In this document: positions 57,243 to 64,000 of the stretch, piece after piece
Layout: every line of letters starts with the position of its first letter
How positions within the stretch are numbered: the stretch's first letter is position 1
From: Gekko japonicus
Taxonomy: Eukaryota
DNA length: 64,000 nt
Assembly (NCBI RefSeq): GCF_001447785.1
Contig: NW_015163623.1
Location: forward strand, 616,843-680,842
Direction of reading: 5' to 3'
Translations under genes and position numbers: made by a program
The notes under the pieces: generated by a model
Databases searched by the model: none
The model's input: the letters and a program-made list of their open reading frames with translations, nothing else
What the model was told of the DNA's origin: nothing

Positions 57243-59621
57243 CTGTGAGTATTTGATATGTGTGACCTGAAGTTACTGTATGTGCAACTCAAATCTGTTG
57301 CTGTATACTATGCTTTGACATTTTTTGTATGTTGTTTTTAATCCCAAATTTTTGGTGTGCTGTGCAATAAATATTTGTATTTTATCTTATGTTCTTGTTA
57401 CTCAACCTTTAAGGTTGCTAATTTGATTTTCAGGTTGTTGTTGTTTTCCCTTTCATTGTATCCCTGGTTTTTATATAGACTCCACAAAACTCAACATCAG
57501 GTCAATGTCCGTAGACTGAACCACAAACTCTCTGTTCTGTGGCATAGCAAAGGCGCAAAAAAAAAAATGGATCCAAGATGCAAATCCTCTTGTACGTTCA
57601 TGATTTCTTCATGGAACATTCTCATATAGACAATGAAATCACAGATCAACATCAACATTAACGGAATGCACCATCAAAATAAAAGTGCCATTATGATGCT
57701 AGCCCATGGCATGAAACATGTCTGCCTACCAGTTTTACATACAGTTCCTGAAAAATCACTGACAGATCACAGATCATATTCATTTCCGCTGATTCTATCA
57801 ATTTTTAAATCCAGGACATTATGGTATCACAATGACACAGACACTTATAGAAAAACTAGAACCAAGTTTGAGTTCAGTGGCACCTTTAAGACTAACAACA
57901 AGATCAAGGTGTTAAAGGTGCCACTGGACTCAAACTTTGTTTTGCTGCTTCAGACAAATACGGCTACCCAGCAGACTCTATTACAGAAAAACTGTTAGTC
58001 CTCACAATTTCCATGTAGAATATTCCAAAATGTAGTGTGAAATGAGAATGCCATTTAACAATCATAAGGATTCAAGAATTTAATGCAGCGTTCCACCATG
58101 GGAATTTCACAAAGACTAGGCTTTATGTTCTTTGTGATTCATTTTGTGGGCATGGATGTGATATGTGATTTCCTAATGATTTTTGGGTGAACTGAGGTAG
58201 AATTCCTAAGGATTCATGAGGATCCAGTGCTTTGGATCTATGTTCTTGATCCATGGTGGTGCCATGAAAAGGCGAACCCATGCTTTTTGTGGTGCAATAG
58301 GTTGCCATGGATGTGATATGATTTGTTGGTGACCCCACATTACACTCATGAGGATCATGTTTTGGATCCATGTTTTTGCACTGTGGCAGTGCCATGAAGC
58401 AATGGATTTGTGAACTTTGTGGTGCAGTTCTGTGGCCATGGATGTGATAAATGATTTGATTATGAGTTTTGCATGACCTAACTTTAAAATCCTGGAGTTC
58501 TATTAGGATCCATGCCTTGGATTCATGCTTTTGTGCCATGGTGGCAATGCAACGAAGGGGTGGATCTGTAATTTTTGTGGTGCAGTCTGTGGGCATGGAC
58601 ATGATATATGATTTGATGGTGACCTTTGAGTGACCAAAAGCACAAATCATGAGAATCCATGCTTTAGAACCACAGTTTTGTGCCATGGTGGTACCACATA
58701 ATTTTTGTTGTGCAAACTGTGGCTCTGGATATGCTATGTGATTGGATAGTGAGTTTGGGACCTAATGCAAATATCCTGGGGATCCACGAGTATCTCTTTT
58801 TGTGCCATGGTGGTACCACAAAACAGTAGATCTATGATTTTTGTTGTGCAGGCTGTGGCTATGGACATGATACATGTTTTGATGGTGAGTTTGGGGCGAC
58901 TCAACAAAAAAACATGAGGACCCATGCTTTGAAACTGTATTTATGTGTTCTGGCAGTGTCACATAGTAGTGGATGCATGATTTTTGTGATGCACCCTGGG
59001 GCCATGGACATGGACCTGATATGTAACTGGATAATGAATTTGGTGTGACCAAAAAAATAAATAAATGCTGATGATCCATGAAAATCTGTGCTTTGGAACT
59101 ATCTTTTGGAAACATGGCAATGCCATGAAACAGTGGATGCATGATTTCTGTAGTGCAGTCTGTGGCCATGAAAATGATGTATGATTGGATAGTGAGTTTG
59201 GGGAAACCCAGTGTAAAAGTCCCGAGGATCCATGAAGATCTGTGCTTCAGAACTACAATTTTCCACCATAGCGACACCATGAAGCAGTGGATCTGTGATT
59301 TTTCTGTTGTAATATGTGGCTATGGACATAATGTGATTTGATGGTGCGTTTGGGGTGACTCAAAGCAAAAATCATGAAGATTCCTGAGGATCCATGTTTT
59401 GGAACTACGTTTTTGTGCCACTGTGGTGCCACAAAACAGCGGATGCATGATTTCTGTGCTGCTGACTAAAGACTAAGACATGATGTACAATATAAAGGTG
59501 GTTTTATTTTGTTTCAATGTAAAATTCATGTGAGTTAATGAGGATCCATGTTCTCTTGCCATTGCTGCTTTGCAAAGTATTGGATCCATGTTCTTAACGT
59601 TCGAAATTCTGTGGTCTTGGC

Positions 59622-59827
59622 CAGTGTTCCCTCTAAGCTGAGTTAGTGTGAGCTAGCTCACAGTTTTTTAGCCTCTGGCTCACACATTTTTGTCTTAGCT
59701 CAGGGAGGATGACTCCAGAGCCAACTAATTTATGCAGTAGCCAAATTGCTCGCTCACAGCTTTAATGCCAGTAGCTCACAAAGCAGAATAATTGCTCACG
59801 AGACTCCACAGCTTTGAGGGAACATTG
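59622..59827. mobile_element. 206-bp hAT MITE nested in the GGATCC array
   Basis: TIRs CAGTGTTCCCTCTAAGCTG ... CAGCTTTGAGGGAACATTG; perfect 8-bp TSD GTCTTGGC. Confidence 0.92.
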
Positions 59828-60399
59828 GTCTTGGCTTTGACATGTGATTTTATACTGGATTTCAGGGGGGTTGGTGAAAAAAACTAGAGGATCCATCAGG
59901 ATCCATGTAGATCCATCCAGCTTTTACTTTTTTCCATAAATAATTGGGTTTTGTTTTGAACACCTATAGCTGTAGCTGTTCCAAAGGGCTTGAAAAACCC
60001 TGAGGCTCCGTGCTTTGGAACCATGTTTTTGCAGTTTTGTGGTGCCACGAATTTGTGGGGGCATGATTTTTGGAGTGCTGCCTATAGTCTAAGACATGGT
60101 CTGCAGTATGATGCTGGTTTTATTTCATTGCAGCACAGAAATCATATGAATTCATGAGGATCCGACCTTTGGAATCATGTGTTTGCGCTGTTGTGGTGCC
60201 ACGAATCTGTGGATGCCTGATTTTTGTAGTGCCCCCGTAGATTGACACATGTCCTACAATATGATGGTGGTTTTATTTCGTTTCAATGTAAAAATCATAT
60301 GAAATTCATGAGGATCCATTTAGATCCGACTTTTACCCAGACCCCTCTAAGTGCTCTGAGGCCGAATCTAATTAAATTGCCACCTCAGTTCTCCCCTGA

Positions 60400-60900
60400 T
60401 GCGAGAATTTACTTGCACGCGGACCTTTGTGTGCCCCCCCCCCCCCGGTGTAAAACGAACATTCCCAACAGAGCATTGCGCGCGATTCCGCCCTTACTCT
60501 CTGGAGGGGCTTGCTCAGGGATCGGCGCTAATTCCTCGAGTCTTTGGGGACGCCCCCCCCCTCAGCCCTTCTCCACGCCAGGAGCGTTAGAACGTTGACG
60601 TTCCCACGGCAACACGAGGCTTTACCTTGGAANNNNNNNNNNNNCGACGCTTTCCCTTGGAACAGGTACGCTGGCGCGGGCGGGCAGACAGGCTAAGCGG
60701 GAGAGTCCTTCGTCACACTCCGAGCCCCCTGGGCCTGGCCGAGGGCGGGGATGCCGCTGAAGGTAGTGGTGGAGCTGCAGATCCATGCGGTGAGAGGGGC
60801 AGCAAGGGAGGGGAGGGTGTAAGACCCCTGGGGAGAATCCCAAACAGGTAGCCGGGATGTCTGTCGTTTAACACACGCTTCTCTCCACGTGTCTTTCCAG
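60400..60900 (+). promoter_or_regulatory. CpG-island promoter of SPATA6L with an RFX X-box-like site
   Basis: CpG-rich; GTTCCCACGGCAAC at 60600-60613; 12-N gap at 60633-60644. Confidence 0.7.
60751..60789 (+). CDS. SPATA6L: SPATA6L coding exon 1
   Basis: MPLKVVVELQIHA; donor GTGAGA. Confidence 0.92.
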
Positions 60901-63260
60901 TGCCCAGTTTGTAATGCCCCCACCACTTACCTGGCCCGATGGCAGGGGGAGAACTTGGATGTGTGTAGGCTATTTCCAAAAGGAGACATGCCAGGGCTCA
61001 GACCTGCCCAAAAGCAGCATCTAGAGAGATCTGGAATCCCTGCCTTTCTCCAGACCAGGGCTGCAGGTGGTTCTTGGCGCTGTGCATATACCCAGAGGCG
61101 CACTCACCTGTATTATTGTCCCCTTTAGCCCTTGAAAGTTTGCTTATCCCAGCCTGCCCTTGAAAACCAATTGCAACTGGCAAAGGCAGCCTTTGATTAC
61201 ACATTTGGATCTCTGAAGAGATGCATTGTCTCACAAGATCTGCACTGATGTTGTGAGCCGGGGTAGATGTCTGCTTGCCCAAAAATCACTGATAGAAGAA
61301 GAAATGATGTACAGCATCATAAATAGGCTGAGGTGTGGAAGCCTGATGGCACAGAACTGGGACTAACCATCATATATGTCTTTGAACCCAAGCAAAATGA
61401 CATTACAATACACGGTAGTAGTCAGATGGGAGCTCTAAAGATGTTATCTGTCTTGTAGAATACTTTGTGAGATAATGGCTGAGGAAGTGTCTGAGTGATT
61501 CCTAGCTCTGTGATGGTTGTAGTTCTCCTGTCCCAATATATCTATCCAACTTTTTTTGAGATCATCTAAGTATCTTAGATAAATAAATATGTTTTGCAAT
61601 TGGTGGCAAGTGGGAATAGCTATGTGACTCACCCCCCCCCCCCCCCACTACTGCTATGATTTTTTTCTTCCTAGGTCTCCTGTCCTGGAGTATACTTGAC
61701 AGAGAGGAATGATGTTTACCTTACTGTTTGCCTCCTGGGTCAGAGCAAGGAGTCCGATTGCCTTCCTCCCATTTTCCCTCTCTTGTTTCATGAGAAAATG
61801 TGGTTTGAGAAGGTAACCTGTTAAGGATTTTAATCTTTATTTTTTTCTTTGAATACAGCCNNNNNNNNNNNNNNNNNNNNNNNNNNNNNNNNNNNNNNNN
61901 NNNNNNNNNNNNNNNNNNNNNNAGATGCCTCTTGAGCAATTGACAAGCAAGATATAAGGTCCTTGTGTAGACATGCATATTTGCATAGAATGAATGTCAA
62001 AAGAGGGGACAGTTTCGAATATTTTGTTTACATTTTTGTTTGCATTTTATTGTTTACATAGTGTCACTATGAGCTTTACTGAAAGCCATGGCTAAATATT
62101 TCAACTCTAGAGTTATCCTTATCGGCCAGTCTGTCAGATGATGCTCTAAGCTTATAAAGGACATTAATTGTACAGTCCTAAGTAGTTACACCCTACTTAA
62201 CCCACTAACTTCAGTGGATTTAAAAGAGTGTGACTCTGCTTTGGATTGTACTGTAGATCATTTGCTGTGGATTTATCGGATTGTGGGCCCTCATTTTGGT
62301 TTGATGTCAGTAGTATTGCTGAAATTCTGAACATGACAATGTTGAGTAGTCATTTCTTGCTGGTAGCATAAGGATTGCTAGTGTTGTCTTTTTTAGGATG
62401 ACAACTTTTATTAAGTGCCAAGTGAACATACTAAAAATAAATCTGAGGCCTATTACTCCTACTGATGTGATAGAGAAAGAAATATTAAAGAGGACATTTC
62501 CTTCTAACAGATCTTATTGTATTTCTTTAATAGTGAGTTATATTCCTCCAGTATCGCAAAAAAACCACCTAGATTACAGCTTTGAGATATATATGTTTAT
62601 TAATCAATTAAAGGAAAAGCAGTTACTCAATGAAGAGCTCTTTAATTGGTTGAGGTAATGGTTTTAATATTATATTCTTTATTTTGCCTTGCTTATGTAG
62701 GTATTTGAAAAAGCTATAGATCCTGTTGATGTGGTAGAACAGTTGGAAAGTAAGTATCTAAAAAGTATTCTTGGGTCTATTGTTATCCCAAATATGTATT
62801 GGTGTATTCTGTGCATTTCTCCTCATTAGCTTTCTTTAGTGCTTAAAGAAAAGCTCCTGTGTTGTGTGTGGTTTGTGGGTCATTCCAGAAGTCATCTTCT
62901 GTCCCCCTGCAGTAACAAGTCGGGAATATGTTATCAATAAGAAAAGGGCAAGGAATCCAATTTCACTGGAATAGCCCCACCAAAATGGCCTGACATTAAT
63001 GGTTGACCCTGGGTCTCAATAAGAGGAAGTATAGGGCATGCTAGAGGGGAGAGGTGAAAGAAACAAGATTATGTGTTTTGTGGCTCTCAGCAAAATTTAA
63101 ATTGCGTGTGTGTTATTGGTTCTGGAAACCTGGCTGTTTTGTTTACTGAAAATATATTTTAAATGCAAAATACCTCTTCAGCTGTCATGAATAACCTTGT
63201 TTATTTGTCTTCTTTTAGAAAATGTGACAAGATTTCGTTTATCTGAACTGATACCGACAG
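60751..63260 (+). CDS. SPATA6L: Spermatogenesis-associated 6-like, partial spliced CDS: join(60751-60789, 61675-61812, 62701-62749, 63219-63260); continues beyond the window
   Basis: MPLKVVVELQIHA|VSCPGVYLTERNDVYLTVCLLGQSKESDCLPPIFPLLFHEKMWFEK|VFEKAIDPVDVVEQLE matches the SPATA6L N-terminus; head-to-head with CDC37L1 as in human; missed by the ORF track. Confidence 0.92.
61675..61812 (+). CDS. SPATA6L: SPATA6L coding exon 2
   Basis: ttcttcctag acceptor; VSCPGVYL...FHEKMWFEK; donor GTAACC. Confidence 0.93.
61861..61922. other. Assembly gap (62 N)
   Basis: Run of N in SPATA6L intron 2. Confidence 0.99.
62701..62749 (+). CDS. SPATA6L: SPATA6L coding exon 3
   Basis: VFEKAIDPVDVVEQLE; donor GTAAGT. 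Confidence 0.9.
63219..63260 (+). CDS. SPATA6L: SPATA6L coding exon 4 (42 nt)
   Basis: tcttcttttag acceptor; KNVTRFRLSELIPT; CAG|GTAAAT donor; resembles the SPATA6-family F-x-L-x-x-L-x-P segment. Confidence 0.75.
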
Positions 63261-64000
63261 GTAAATGGAGAAGGAGATATTATTTAAAACTGTCACAAAC
63301 TTAATCATGAAAGGGTGACTATCTTATTATGATGTTGGAATTTTACACTCCCATGCACACACCACCTCTGATATTCCCATTTCCCATCAATATTAGTCAC
63401 CAGATATGAGGAAAAGGTGGTTCTAGCAAAATTGGGAAGTCATTTATTGGACAAGATAGGATCATAGCATGAGTTTGTGGTAGCAAATATAGTTGGCTAT
63501 GGGTAGGGTTTTTTCTGTGTGGCTTTCTGATAACTGAACACAGGGTGGCAGAATAAGCCTTCTTTTGGTCATTTGATAAGTGTTGTGCAGTATAATACCA
63601 TAGTGCAAGAAAGTTGTTGGCACACTGGAAAGTTCCTCCAGATAGAACTGGGAAGAAAAATGAAAAAGAGCTAGCAAAGCCAAGCCTAGTCATGAGAAAA
63701 AGAATAGGACATATTTACCATTTTCAGGCATTCAAAAGGAAGTCTGCAAGAAGAGAAGCTTACTCTGGTGGTTTTCAAACCAGTTTTTGGAGAACTCAAA
63801 GTTTTCTTGGAAGCTTCAATAAAAAGGTCAGTAATGGTAGACACACCTCCATACCCCTTTTCTACATTACTGATCTTCCTCTGCAATGGGCAGACACAGG
63901 AGAGTGTTGGTATATAGGGATGGGAACAAACCGGCTCATGAACTAAAGTTTGTGACAAATTTTGGGCAATTTGTGGTTCTGTGGGTCATGAAGTGAAGTT

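Larger units (their letters stand above)
56640..60346. mobile_element. Fold-back-like element built of ~130-160-bp GGATCC-containing modules (right arm ~58120-60346; inverted left-arm remnants ~56640-57000 and ~57480-57620)
   Basis: Recurrent GAGGATCCATG.TTTGGA...TTTTTGTGCCA..GTGGTGCCA...TGGATGCATGATTTT units; 56640-56840 is the reverse complement of ~58210-58410. Confidence 0.75.

Noticed and set aside
58123-59341. 187-aa and 172-aa ORFs, and a CRISPR-like reading of the periodic array
   Set aside because: The ORFs are translations of a degenerate tandem repeat. The units are homologous along their full length with no unique spacers, and the DNA is eukaryotic.
62397-62658. 86-aa ORF with AG/GT-like borders in SPATA6L intron 2
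   Set aside because: No recognisable homology. Splicing it in after exon 2 gives an immediate stop, and exons 2 and 3 already join in frame.
63397-63958. Cluster of 70-110-aa ORFs at the right edge
   Set aside because: No match to the next expected SPATA6L exon (…YEENTRDFLFP) or to any protein I recognise; probably intronic or decayed LINE sequence.

Overview
Vertebrate genomic DNA from a squamate reptile. The SINE and MITE families look gecko-like, which is an inference. The window holds four spliced protein-coding genes in the same order and relative orientation as human 9p24.1: RCL1 (minus strand, coding exons 1-6, rest beyond the left edge), AK3 (plus, 5 coding exons, 228 aa), CDC37L1 (minus, 7 coding exons, 311 aa) and SPATA6L (plus, exons 1-4, continuing beyond the right edge). 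Each gene starts in a CpG-rich promoter. I placed all exon boundaries by hand from GT/AG sites and reading-frame continuity. Introns and intergenic DNA are packed with L2, CR1 and L1 fragments, tRNA- and 5S-derived SINEs, solo LTRs, hAT and Harbinger MITEs and Penelope-derived fold-backs. The most notable observations are: a textbook U12-type minor intron in RCL1; a fold-back-like array of ~150-bp GGATCC modules whose terminus lies just upstream of both the SPATA6L and RCL1 promoters in mirror orientation; minimal hammerhead-ribozyme motifs; a perfect 186-bp palindrome; a palindromic two-way AATAAA between the convergent AK3 and CDC37L1; several local tandem duplications; and no nested PLPP6 gene in SPATA6L intron 1. 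Almost all supplied ORFs are spurious or partial exon read-throughs. No prokaryotic-type system or CRISPR array is present.
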